The notes: a model not told the origin generated them from the sequence alone. A stretch of DNA of 64,000 bases from Octopus vulgaris (GCA_951406725.2 OX597817.1:26350001-26414000); one strand, 5' to 3'. Shown: positions 27,726 through 40,660, counted from the first letter of the stretch. A program made the numbers and translations.

Positions 27726-29071
27726 TGTGTGTGTGTGTGGGTGTGTGTGCATGTACAGTGAGAATGAGTGGGCAGAAAGAACACCATTGAAGAGGAAATA
27801 GCTTACAGTAAACAATCGTTAATCTAGTTTCTACTTTCACTTTCATACCTGCATATATAAAGACAGAAGAAGTGAGAGAGAGAGAGAGACATACATGTTA
27901 ATGCACACACACACCATGATATGAACCCATGCACCTACTCTCTCACAATTACAGAGAATTACAATTATTCCCTATTAATGCCTGTAACTGTATGAGTGCA
28001 GGAAGTGGCTTCATGTTTTCCAAAGAAAATAAGAAATTACATTTTCCACCATTTATCAATCTAATGAAGAATCAAATGGTGATATTTGATATAAACAATA
28101 TCCTACATTAAAGCAACGATCACAGCCCACTTATGCAGCCAAAGCACTATTTGACTATATAATGGCTCTCGGTTTTTTTTCTTCTTTTTTTTCTTTTTCA
28201 AGGTTATTGTAATCTTTTTTTGTTCTTTTTTTTTACCTTTTTAGATTTTCCTGCAAAGATTCCTTCCTCAAGGATATCATTTGATTTTCTGGTGTGTGAA
28301 ACAAATTACTTGCCATATATTACTATACAATGGACGTTGTTGATATTTGATCCTGTGTGTTATCCACTAAGCAGAGATAATGGAGCAACATATCAGAAAA
28401 AATGTTTTAATCTACTTTATACTTTATTACATTTTCCTCCCTTAAGAAGCATTACCACTAAAACAGAATGAACAAATGGAGTGGATGTTTGCAGACATTA
28501 TTCAAATTAGCGGTCATATTGAGCAGTGCTTTAACTGTGGGGTTGTTTTATGTGTATAGAGAAGTGTGTTAAAACAAAGAGAGTTATATGAAGGTAATTG
28601 AGAAGAATGAAATTCCAATATGAATGTCAGACTGCATTACCTAGATTAACATATAATACATATGGCATCCAGAGAGTCTACCACATAAATGGTAAGCTAT
28701 TTAGCTCCTGGCAGATTCTGTGTTAAGACGCAAGTAAGAATTGTTTCTGTTCTGGTATAAATGAACTTCTATGTGCAGAGGATGACACAATTAGCACAAC
28801 TCTAGCAATTATCAACATTTTTCTTGATGTATATGGAAGCATAGATCTATGCCTCAACATAAGATCTTGCATCAACAGGCACCAAACAAGCAGAAAATTA
28901 ATCCTGCCATTCAGTTACTTAGATGTAGTTACCATACAATAACTGGAAAGTCAACAATCACAGAATTTGAACTCTGTTAAGGAGATTGAGTACCAGATCA
29001 GATTTACTAGCACAACCTTTAGCAACCTGTGAAGACTAGTATATGAAGACCATGACCAGAAACAGATCAAA

Positions 29072-29465
29072 TCTTTATATATAAAAGTGAGGTTGTGTGC
29101 TGTCTGTCTCCTACGATTTAGATTCCTAACTACTCCCACATTTTGCAGTGCAGTTTAACCAAAAGCGGGTATCTTATAGTCGTGATTCATATCGAGCCCT
29201 TCTGGGTATTAGCGCACGTCTACGATGAGTCTACGATTTAAAAAAAAATTTACCATCAATTTTTCCCATTTTTAATGCATTTTTGGCATATATAAGGGAA
29301 GTAACTCTCTAAAAATGTATTGTTAAATCTCAGAACGTAAAAAGCTACAGTAACATCCCCTTTGTGGTTAGCCATATTGAGATAGCTATTATACTTTACA
29401 TCTCTAAAAATGCTTATATAGTTATTTCCCTTACAAACCCGAGCAACACCGGGTGATACTGCTAG
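29072..29465 (+). mobile_element. Non-autonomous Helitron-like element
   Basis: A|TCtttatatataaaa start; cccgagcaacaccggg hairpin plus CTAG|T end; both ends shared with 52272-52784. Confidence 0.8.
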
Positions 29466-29984
29466 TTTATTATATATAAAAAGCAATTCTAGTTCTCACT
29501 CTTCTGTATGTCTCTGAAACCTGGACAAATATTGGACGATATATCCATATGATTGCAAATAGACACTAAGACATGTTTAAAGATAATCGTATCCATCCAG
29601 GGATAAAATAGATAGGGCAATATCAGTATATTCATTGAAGGTAATATTTCCTGTATTCATGTTATATAATCATAGTATAGATGAATTTGTCACGTTTTGT
29701 GAGCACTGGACCATAGGTATCCTTAAGCCATCTTTTAGTCTCAGCTCAATGAAGGAAAATGCACACAAATAGAATAAAAGAAGAAGAGTATAAAGATATA
29801 TTGAAAAAGGGTAATATCAATGTATACAAGCAAGAACCCTTAGAATTTGAAAAGAATCATCTGTGTAGCCTTGCAATTTGACTCAACTCAAATCAAATAT
29901 CTCCTGATGACTGTGTATAGAAAACAACACAAAGCAACCAATATAGCCAGTGGACTCACATTGAACCATTCCCTCACATTCACA

Positions 29985-30310
29985 TTGGGAGGCTCTTCTA
30001 TGGATAGCATCTACTTGAAAATTGGAAGTGGGGAATTCCATTATGAAAATTGGAAGTGGGGAATTCCCTTATGAAAATTGGAAGTGGGGAATTCCCTTAT
30101 GAAATTGTTGTTTCTCTAGCTAGAAAAAAACACCAATTACTTATACATCATAGATATAAATAATAGACATTGAAGATTGGTGTTGCACATCTTTTATATT
30201 TTACTTGATTTATGCATTGGACATGCTAGAGCATCACCTGGAAAGCCTAAGGGGAACAAATTAAACCCAATACTTATGATTCTTAAGTCTTGTACCTATT
30301 CTTTTGTTTC
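29985..30310 (-). repeat. Inverted duplicate of 32721-32990, with an internal 28-bp triplication
   Basis: Reverse-complement match over the whole length; unit tgaaaattggaagtggggaattccctta x3 at 30016-30099. Confidence 0.9.
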
Positions 30311-32464
30311 CACAGAAGTTAAATCTCGTAAGCAAGCTTCTTTGATTCTGAGGTATTGTCAATGAACAATAATGAGTATAAAATATAATTGTTATTTTGT
30401 TTTGGCCACAATGGCTAAGGTCATACTACAGCACTCACTTCAGAGTAGAATGTTCTATATCTTTTTGCCATCTGTATGTCATCCAGATGTCCAATGTTTC
30501 ATCAGGTTTTTCAGTGTCTGTGACATTTCTGGTTAGTTATCTAGAAAGTTGGTGGAGACCATTCTGCTATAGTTGCAGTCAGCTGATTTAGCATATTAGA
30601 GCTAAAGTATCAAGATACTGTTAGTGTCTAAAATTCTTTGAAAACTTTGACAATGTCCTGCATTCACTTTATAAGATATTTGTGCAATACTGTCTCTTTA
30701 AAAACCAAATTGCCTTGAATATACTCACAAAAAGTGATGACATTATGTAAAACGTACTCAAAGCAAACTGACAGAATCATTAGCATGCCCAACAAAAAGG
30801 CTTAGCTGTATTTTATCTGTCTTTAAATTCTGAGTTCGTATTCCACTGTGGTCAACTTTGTTGTTCATCCTTGCAGAGGCTTTAGAAACATTGCCACATC
30901 AGATTGGAGCCCGGTGCAGCCGCAGACTCTCCAGACTTCAGTCAAACCGTCCAACCCATGCCAGCATGGAAAACGGACGTTAAACGATGATCATGATGAT
31001 GATGATGATGATGATGAGGATGTATTTTTTATTAAAGCTGCAAAAATTATCACAGCAATGTTACTCAGACTTACACGTTCCTGTTTGTGAGACAGTTGTG
31101 ATGAAAACAACACAACTGTCTGGAAAATGAGAACATGAAACTCCGAGTAACAGGCCTGTGATAATTTTTGCAGCTGTAATAAAGAGCCTATTACTCTACC
31201 TTTGGTATTTGAGTACTATTTTTGCCACCTTGTTTTATACTTATGTGCTCACCTGTGTGTATGTGTGTATTTATTTATATATATGGTCCTATGAATAAAA
31301 GTGTGTATTGCTTATATTGTGTATACACATTGATGCAGCCATATCAGTGTATATATATGTATGAGTATGCATATATATACTAGTATATAGTTATGTGTTG
31401 ACTAGTTTGGTGGTAAGGATGTGTAAACACATATACAAGTAGATATATGTGTATATCCTTGATTGTATACTAGTATGCATATGAGTATGTGTCAATATAT
31501 ATGCATGTAGGCATGTGAATATATGTGTGTGTGTGTGTGTGTGTGCATGAATGTGTGAGTGTGTGAGTATGAATATATGAATGGGTATGTATGTATAGAT
31601 GCATCTACACATGTTTGAAGTATGTGAGAGAATATATATATGCAAGTAAGGGTACACATGTCAAAGGAATAAAGACATGATGTCTAGCAGTATGTAAAAA
31701 TGAGTTACCATGTGTCTACTATTGTAAATATTCTCTAACCAGTCCCATTAATAGAAGAAAACACAGCAGGCGGTCAGGTACTGCTCAGGAACTACATGGT
31801 CAGGGTTGAACAAGGCTGAACATTTTGTCTTTTCTTTTCTCTTTATTTCTTTTCTCTTCCTGTCATTTTCCTAATAAAATTATATTTCTTAGTACTGCCC
31901 ACTATAAACGTTGATGAATGTCCTATATTTAAAGTGGAATTTGCTAACTTTTTCTGCGTATTACTTTTGTGGAGAGTTCTGAAGAACATTTTTTAATGAA
32001 TTCTGTGTCTGCACAGCAAGTTATTAACAGTAGCTCGTTAATTGCAGACGTGTTTATAAATATGACACGAGATTAATCAATGTGAAATTTTGGCAACATG
32101 TAAGCTATACAAAACGAAAAAAAAATAGCAAACACCTGCATAGGTTCTGACATGGCTGAGTGGTTAAGAATCATGCTTCAAACCCACATGATCTTTGGTT
32201 CAGTTTCACTGCATAGCACCTGGGCAAGTGTCTTCTACTATAGTCTTGGCTTGACCCAAGCTTGTGAGAGGATTTGGTCATTACAAACTGAAACAACCCA
32301 GTCCTCTGTGTGTGTGTGTGTGTGTGTGCAGGCACACGTGTATGCATGTGTGCGTGCATGTATGTGTATGCACGCATGCATGTGTATCTGTGTGTGTGTC
32401 TGTATGTGTGTTTGTGCTGTATTTGTCCTCTACCACCATGTAACAGCTAGTGTTGATTTATTAA

Positions 32465-32687
32465 CCCTTTCGATTTTTTTTTTTTTCTATTGAGATGCTC
32501 TGTGTTTCTTTCAATTACTTTAAATATAATGAAAAATTTAGTAAAATAACTTGGTTACCATTCAGCTAGTGTTAGGAACATAAATTACGACTAAGTTTTG
32601 GTGGAAGATCTTAATTCAAAACTTATGAAAACAAGACATTTGTACTCAGAGCCAGAGCCGGTTTCAGCCGGGTTGGTAACAAAAGGG
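32465..32687. mobile_element. piggyBac-like MITE nested in a decayed SINE A (about 32150-32840)
   Basis: TTAA-CCCTTT ... AAAGGG-TTAA; a second copy in opposite orientation lies at 43817-44038. Confidence 0.85.
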
Positions 32688-33039
32688 TTAATGTGTCCCT
32701 AACTTAGCAGTTTGGCAAATGAAACAAAAGAATAGGTACAAGACTTAAAAAATCATAAGTATTGGGTTTAATTTGTTCAACTTAGGCTTTCCAGGTGATG
32801 CCCTAGCATGTCCAATGTATGAATCAAGTAAAATATAAAAGATGTGCAACACAAATCTTCAATGTCTATTATTTATATCTATGATGTATAAGTAATTAGT
32901 GTTTTTTCTAGCTAGAGAAACAACAATTTCATAAGGGAATTCCCCACTTCCAATTTTCAAGTAGATGCTATCCATAGAAGAGCCTCCCAAGGTAAACACC
33001 TGGATTGCATTATTCCAATTGACCTCCTGCATTTTATAA

Positions 33040-33185
33040 TGTGGCTGTGTGGTAAGAAGCTTTCTGCCCAGTAACATGGTTCCAGGTTCAGTCCCACTGT
33101 GTGAAACCTTGGGCAAGTGTCTTTTACTATAGCCTCAGGCCAACCAAAGCCATGTGAGTGGATGTGTTAGACATCATCATCATCC

Positions 33186-33232
<47 letters not shown>

Positions 33233-33257
33233 AGCAGCGTCGTCGTCGTCGTCGTCG

Positions 33258-33336
<79 letters not shown>

Positions 33337-33550
33337 ATATACACGTGCGTATGTGTGTCTGTGTTTATACCCCCTGCCATTGCATGACAACCAATTTTAG
33401 TGTTTTAATGTCTCTGTAACTAAGCAGTAAGGCAAAAGAGACTGACAGAATAAGTACTAGGCTTACAGAGAAGTTCTGGGTCGATTTCTTTGATTAAAAC
33501 CCTTTAAGGCAGTACTCCAGCATTGCAACAGTGAAATGACAGAAGAAAAA
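33040..33550 (+). mobile_element. SINE A with a (CAT)n(CAG)n(CGT)n(CAT)n compound repeat in its slot
   Basis: SINE head and tail flank the triplet tract at 33172-33336. Confidence 0.8.
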
Positions 33551-33556
33551 AAGCAC

Positions 33557-33610
<54 letters not shown>

Positions 33611-33615
<5 letters not shown>

Positions 33616-33765
33616 AGTGGCTGTTTGGTAAGTAGCTTGCTTACCAACCACATGGTTCCAGGTTCAGTCCCACTGTATGGCACCTTGGGCAAGTGTCTTC
33701 TACTATAGCCTCGAGCTGACTAAAACCTTGTGAATGGATTTGGTAGATGGAAGCTGAAAGAAGTT

Positions 33766-33815
<50 letters not shown>

Positions 33816-34490
33816 TATATTAAATTAGAGATAAAACCACTATTAGGCAAATCAAACAATAAAAACTTAAGCCAATACATAAAATTGATTCATTTATATG
33901 ATTTAAATATATATCAAAAGTATTAAAAAAAGTTCATTGCTAAACCTCGCTACATAACTCGAATTATTACGAATTGGACAGCCATAAAACGATCGTAGTG
34001 TTTTACTCATTATCTTTTATTAAACTTTTAATACTTTTGATATATATTTAAAATAATATAAATTAATTAATTTTATGTATTGGCTTAAGTTTTTCATTGT
34101 TTGATTTGCCTAATAGTGGTTTTATCTCTAATTTAATATAATATAATATTTTACTATAAAATTGGATTCAATTCTAAATCTGATTTTTCCCTGTAAGTTT
34201 GGATTTATTCCCTAATATTTTATTATATGTATATATATATATATATAAATATATATATGTATATATTTATGTATGTATATATGTATATATATATGTATGT
34301 ATGTACATGTGTGTATATGTTTGTGTGTCTGTGCTTGACCCCCAACATCACTTGACAACCGATGCTGGTGTGTTTATGTACCCATAACTTAGTGGTTCAG
34401 CAAAAGATACCGATAAAATAAGTACTAGGCTTACAAAGAATAAGTCCTGCTGCTCCAGCATGGCCCCAGTCAAATGACTGAAACAAGAAT
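33611..34490 (+). mobile_element. SINE A hosting a foldback insert in its (TA)n slot
   Basis: Head 33611-33770 and tail 34320-34490 are separated by the 33812-34226 insert. Confidence 0.8.
33812..34226. mobile_element. Penelope-like/foldback insert with a ~117-bp inverted repeat
   Basis: 33812-33928 is the reverse complement of 34026-34144; the right arm continues for about 80 bp; (TA)n on both sides. Confidence 0.6.
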
Positions 34491-34720
34491 ATGTATATAT
34501 ATATATATATATATATATTTATAGAAATATAATTAAGATTCTGTTGAATTAAGTACTTAAATTAAGGCGTCTTGTTAGGTCAATCTAATTTGCACACCTA
34601 AACAATATCAGGTGAAAACCAGACTCTGTGCACAAGTGGTTGCACTTGATATTCTTGCAGTATATGCAGATAACACAACCCAATTCAGTGAAAAGATCTG
34701 CTATTGATTATTCAGACATG

Positions 34721-35133
34721 TACTCTTTACTCTTTTACTCTTTTACTTGTTTCAGTCATTCGACTGCGGCCATGCTGGAGCACCACCTTTAGTCGAGCAA
34801 ATCGACCCCAGGACTTATTCGTTTGTAAGCCTAGTACTTATTCTATCGGTTTCTTTTGCCGAACCGCTAAGTGACAGGGACGTAAACACACCAGCATCGG
34901 TTGTCAAGCAATGCTAGGGGGGCAAACACAGACACACACACACACACACAAATATATATATACATATATACAACAGGCTTCTTTCAGTTTCCGTCTACCA
35001 AATCCACTCACAAGACTTTGGTTGGCCCGAGGCTATAGTAGAAGACACTTGCCCAAGGTGCCATGCAGTGGGACGGAACCCGGAACCATGTGGTTGGTAA
35101 ACAAGCTACTTACCACACAGTCACTCCTGCACC
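34721..35133 (-). mobile_element. SINE family A, full length
   Basis: Reverse complement of the family A structure. Confidence 0.9.
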
Positions 35134-35200
35134 TGTATATAAAAATACAAAAATATTTTCTATAAAATTTCTGAAGTGCAGATTCCAGGGCAGGTGAATA

Positions 35201-35397
35201 AAATATAAATGAACAACAAAGATGTACAGGTGTACATTTGAAGCAGTTGATTTGTCCTTTTGTGTATGAAGTCTATGCAGTCATTTGATGAAAACAGTTT
35301 CTTTGAAATGTAATGTTTGCATTAATCAATTAAAGGTGGCACTTAAAATGGCTGTAATGAATTGACACCTGTACATCTTTGTTACTCATTTATATTT
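35201..35397. repeat. 33-bp inverted repeat enclosing ~130 bp (MITE-like)
   Basis: aaatataaatgaacaacaaagatgtacaggtgt versus acacctgtacatctttgttactcatttatattt (2 mismatches). Confidence 0.75.
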
Positions 35398-35492
35398 GAT
35401 GTGTGTGTGTGTGTGTGTTTGTATATTTATGTATCATCATCAGCATCATCATTTAACATCTGTTGTCCAGGATGGTATGGTTGGATGGTTTA

Positions 35493-35726
35493 AGGGCGGC
35501 GAGCTGGCAGAATCGTTAGCACGCGGGGCTAAATGCTTAGCAGTATTTCGTCTGCTGCTACGTTCTGAGTTCAAATCCTGCCGAGTTTGACTTTGCCTTT
35601 CATCCTTTCAGGGTCGATTAAATAAGTACCAGTTACGCAGTAGGGTCGATATAATCGACTTAATCCGTTTGTCTGTCCTTGTTTGTCCTCTCTGTGTTTA
35701 GCCCCTTGTGGGTAGTAAAGAAATAA
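35493..35726 (+). mobile_element. SINE family B inserted in a minus-strand RTE 3'UTR copy (35432-35812)
   Basis: Full family B structure; flanking gtatgg(g)ttggatgg approximately duplicated on both sides. Confidence 0.85.
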
Positions 35727-35811
35727 GTATGGGTTGGATGGGTTGATCAGGGCTGGTAAGCTGAGGGACTGCACCAGACTCCAGTCTGATTTAGTATGTT
35801 TTCTACAGCTT

Positions 35812-36678
35812 GAAGGAAGTTTATGGTGTTGATGCCCCATCATATGATGTAGTCAAGCACTGGCATCACCAGTTCAAAAGTGGTCGGACATCAGTAGAAA
35901 CTACTCTTATTCATTGATGACGACACCATTCATAAAGAAGAAGCTGCCATTCTGGAGGATCATCACATAACTATTCGACAATTGGCCAAAGAAATGAAGA
36001 CGAGTGCAGGGTCTCTGGAAACAACCATTCACGACCATTTGCACATGCAGAAGTTATCTGCATGATGGATTCGCCAGATTCTCACACCTTTTCACAAGCA
36101 GGATTGAATCAACTGCTCCCAGGCTCTTTTTGGCAATGTACCAAGAAAACAGGGAAGAGTTTTTGGCAAACTTATCACACAGGATGTAACATGGGCTCAT
36201 CGCTATGATCCTGAAACTAATGTTCAATCGAAGCAATGAAAGCATGATTACTCATCACCTCCAAAGATGGCTCATGCTCAACCCTCAGCTGGCAAGGTGA
36301 TGCTCAGTCTTTCAGGACCAGCACAGAGAAGGGATGACAGGTTTTCTGGCAAAGGGCACCACAATTAATGGGGAATTTTATGCTTCTCTGCTGCAGAAAT
36401 TGTGAGACACCATCAAAGCAGAGAGGTATGGCATGCTGACCAAAGGAGTCCACCCACTCCAAGACAACACCCCAGTTTACAATACATATGTTGCCCAGAT
36501 GAAAGCACACTCCTGTGGTTATGAAATCCTTGCTCATCCTCCTTACTCTCCTGACCTTGCTTCATTTGATTTCCACCTCTTTCCAACCATGAAGGGGAAG
36601 TACCTTTCGGATGATGACGAACTTATTTCCAAGGTAAAGTCTTGGCTCAAGACACAACCTACCGACTTCTACAGAAGT
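35812..36678 (+). mobile_element. Mariner transposase pseudogene
   Basis: VYGVDAPSYDVVKHWHHQFKSGRTSVE ... LQDNTPVY ... ILAHPPYSPDLASFDFHLF, with stops and frameshifts. Confidence 0.85.
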
Positions 36679-36970
36679 CCTTGTTTTGTAAGCTACTTGA
36701 CATCCCCACATGTGCTAGTGCCATATAAAAAGCATCCAGGCTGGTGCCACATAAAAGCACCCATGATACTTACAGGTAAAAAGCACCTGTGCTGGTGCCA
36801 CATATAAAGCATCTCTGCTGGTGCCACGTAAAAAGCACCAAGTACACTCTGTAAAATGTTTGTCAGCAGAACTGGCATCCAACCAAAGAAACTTTGCCAA
36901 AACAGACAATTGCAGCTTTATACAGCTCTCTAGTTTGTCAGCTCCTGTCGAAGCATTCAATCCATGCCAG

Positions 36971-37172
36971 TTTGCTGGACATTGTTGTAGAGCTGAAAAA
37001 GAGGTAATTTCTACTCTCCTCCAGAGGGCGCACACTATCCTACCCTGATGTAATCTCCAGGGATACAGGCATCCAGCAACAGGACCTCCGTAATGCCATG
37101 ATGGACCGTGAAGTCTGGCGTAGCATGGTAAATTCTATTGTCTCGACCATGGTCGAACAATGATGATGATGA
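36971..37172 (+). mobile_element. 3' end of a second RTE-group LINE nested in an old RTE 3'UTR copy (36690-37200)
   Basis: AGHCCRAEKEVISTLL..SYPDVISRDTG..LRNAMMDREVWRSMV; (GAT)n tail; atgccagt duplicated at both junctions. Confidence 0.75.
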
Positions 37173-37398
37173 TGCCAGTATGAAAAATAGACATTAAATG
37201 ATGATGATTATGATGATGACGACGACGGTGATGATGATGATGGTGGTGGTCATGATGGCAACAGTGTGTGTGTGTGTGAGTGCATGTGTTTTAATCCCCA
37301 AATTACATTGGAGAAATACAGATGAAATTTTCATATTCAGAATTTCTCCTTTTACTGTGTTACTTGAGAATACACCAGTTGTTAAAACTTTCTTACTA

Positions 37399-38032
37399 TT
37401 GGGTCATCCCATAAGTAATGTGTTTTTCTCAATCACATGAACTAAAAGTAAGTGGGGGGTTAAACTACTTGCATCAACTTGTTATAAAAGCCAGTAGTAA
37501 TTTTACTTTGTACTTATTCTTAGTGCAACTGTTGAAGAGTGCAGCTCAATTTTAACAGTTATTTTTTCAAAGCTATAATGGAAGTGACAAAGGAGCATAT
37601 TCAGCATATTTTGCTTTATGAGTTCAATAAAGGTAACAATGCAAAAGAAGGTACAAAGAATATTAATTCAGTATATGGAGATCAGACAATATGTGTAAGC
37701 CAGTGTCAATGGTGGTTCCTGAAATTCTGAACAGGAAGCTACAACCTAGAAGACAATCTTAATTTTGGAAGAGCTGTAGATCTGCAAACCCTGGTGGAAA
37801 TGAAATCCCATTGTAACTATTGAGGAACTAGCAGAGAAGCCTGAATTTGGTCATTCAACCAGTCATTCAAGTCAGTGCTTGAAGAAAAGAGACCCTCTTT
37901 GGTTTGAAGATGAAAGGTGTTCTTCCATCAAGGTAATGCTTGGCCACATGCAGCAAGGATGACATTCCAAAGGCTGGAGCAGTTTGAATGGGAAACGATG
38001 CCCCACCCACCATATTCACCAGATATTGCTCC
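37399..38032 (+). mobile_element. Mariner remnant with left TIR
   Basis: TA-TTGGGTCATCCCATAAG; MEVTKEHIQHILLYEFNKGNNA; HQGNAWPH...MPHPPYSPDIAP. Confidence 0.85.
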
Positions 38033-39494
38033 TATAATAAGACTTGAACGAGGCACTAATACTTTACTAGCATCTGTTTATCAGAATGTTTACTATAAGT
38101 ATTTTCACCTCTATAATAACAATTAGAATTAGATTTAACTAAGCATGAAGTTTATTGGATCATTTCAAAAGCTGGCCTCAATTCAGTCATTTCAGCTCAA
38201 CTTCTGTAGGTTATAAAATGTCAAGAACCTACAAGCATAAGTGGCCTCATAGGAAATGGCAGTTTTAGAAGAAAATACACCAACAAAAAAGAAAAATATA
38301 GCCATAAAAAAAAAACTTCAGCATGTGTGTAATTAACAAAATTCAAAAGAAAATTGTTTTTCGATATAAAGCGATGAGGAATGGAAGAGAGAATAATATA
38401 AAATTCAGAAGAGACTTCTCATCGTATTGACTGTGAAAAGATTTGTGTTGTTAAAGAAAAGCATGTGCATACTTTTAAATAAAATGCTAAGGCTAGATAG
38501 GTTATTTGTCATACACTTTTCACAAGAAGTAATATCCACTTGAAATATTCTTTGAATGTAGACTTAGAAGTTGGTAAAAGCTATTTCCTATTGTCTTTGA
38601 AAAAGCAGCCTACTTGAAGTTGAAATCTTTTGTTAAGCATATGCAATAATTAAAATCCAGTTAATTGTAAGGCATTCACCTAAATAGAGCCTCAGAGAAA
38701 ATAGAAACATTTCATTTAAAAACAAAACTAACGTTAGAAACAAAATAAAAATACAACATATCTGTGATATGAAAATGACACCAATTTAAACTAATTAATT
38801 CTTTTAATGCCGTCAGAAGAAAATTTCTGAATGATAGACATTTGATTTGTTAATGAGAATTTGTTCCTTATGGAAAAATATAATAGATGTTTATCATTTA
38901 AAGCACAGATTTGTATTGCAATTTTCTTTTTTTTTTTTTTTAGCAAAGATGTCAACCTATTGAGAAAAATTTTTTTATTAGATTGGTTGTAATGGCCCAA
39001 ACCTCTGGATATATTCAATGCATTCAACTAATGAAAAAAAAAACAATTGTTGTATTCATAGGTATATAAGACTATTTAGTTAAGGTGAGCAGAGGTGCTG
39101 ATTTGCTGGAAATTTTGCAGATAAAGACAATTAATTTCCAATAAATGTTTCATCGTTTTTTTTTTTTTTTATCAATCAACCATATTCATTTAGCAGAATT
39201 CACACACTATGGAGCCTAAAAGAAATAATGTTTTCTGCCTTTATTAACTCCAAGAATAGCAATTATTTGTCACCAGATGCTTTGGTGTAATTTCACTCAG
39301 TATTTTGTATTGCAACACTGCTTAATCACACTTAATCCATTGTAACCCTCAGATATGTTTTCATTTATCTGAGAATGCTGAAGGAATCTGTAGAACATGA
39401 TATATCAGAAATATATTTTGTCAGGGTACCAGTGAGTTTATTAAAGACAGGCTGTACACCATGAAAATTATTCTTGTCAACAGCTTCAACAATA

Positions 39495-39728
39495 CCTATT
39501 TCTTTACTACCCACAAGGGGCTAAACACAGAGGGGACAAACAAGGACAGACAAACAGATTAAGTCGATTACATTGACACCAGTGCGTAACTGGTACTTAT
39601 TTAATCAACCCCAAAAGGATGAAAGGCAAAGTCAACCTCAGCGGAATTTGAACTTAGTACGTAATGGCAGCCGAAATACTGCTAAGCATTTTGCCCGGCA
39701 TGCTAACGTTTCTGCCAGCTCACCGTCT
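39495..39728 (-). mobile_element. SINE family B
   Basis: Full-length reverse complement of the family B structure. Confidence 0.85.
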
Positions 39729-40379
39729 TAATACCACCTGAAGTTATCTATGAGTTTTATAGACAAAGATGTAGAAGTTTCAAAATTTTACCATGCTTAA
39801 TATCAGAAACCTCATCTACGGGATCACAGTCCTCTGCATGACTCCATTGAGTTATGTTTGTTGGACAAGCACTAACAGACTTTTGATAATTTTCAAATAC
39901 TCATGGTTCCACACTACTTGCTTCTTTTGATTTATTGATATTTTATACCTTACATCTTCTCAACATCTACTTCAACAAGATCTGCTGATGACAAGCATGA
40001 GCAAGTTTTTCTTCTTCCATTCTTCAAAAGTAAAAGTTATACATGAAAACTTTACAAGGATAATAATGTTACACATGTCATAGGTAATCAAAGGAAAATT
40101 TTGAACCATTCACTCTCAAATTCTCACAAACTAAACTCCTTAGCAAATTTCTTTGGTTTATATTGTATCAAAATTAGCTGATTTCCTTCAGTTTTCATGA
40201 TATTAGTCTGCAGTGGCAGTAGAGACACCAATAATTCTTCAGTCACTTTCACTTCTTCCTCGTTTTGCTCATTAGAAATATTTTAATATTTTGAGGAACC
40301 AAAAGCTCAAGAACACTGAAGATGTTTTGTGATATTGTGATCATCACTATTAAAATATTTATCAGCAAAGCTATTCTTG

Positions 40380-40660
40380 TTCCTTCTTGAGCCATGCCTG
40401 GCTCATAAGGGCCGGTTTCCTTGGTGTATAGGTTCCCCACCTGGATGGGACGCCGGTCCATCACATGTGGGCTGCAAGATGCAGGAGGAAAGAGTGAGAG
40501 AAAGTTGTGGCAAAAGAGTCAGCAGAAGTTCACCATTACCTTCTGCCGGAGCCGCGTGGAGCTTAGGTGTTTTCGCTCATAAACACAAACATTGCCCGGT
40601 CTGAGATTTGAACCCATGACAGCGAGTTCACTGCTCTAACCACTAGGCCATGTGCCTCTA
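40380..40660 (-). mobile_element. SINE family E
   Basis: Matches 9399-9708; TSD aagctattcttg at 40368-40379 and 40662-40673. Confidence 0.85.

Noticed and set aside
28245-28592. Strong polypyrimidine acceptor and downstream GTAATT donor on the + strand
   Set aside because: All three frames stop before the donor and no peptide is recognisable; it could be non-coding but is unsupported.
29970-30040. Shared peptide FTLGGSSMDSIYLKIGSGEF in ORFs 29847+ and 32859-
   Set aside because: A by-product of the inverted DNA duplication; the frames diverge immediately outside it.
33127-33400. Poly-His/Gln/Arg, poly-Met and poly-Ile ORFs
   Set aside because: Compound triplet microsatellite within a SINE; no splice or codon context.
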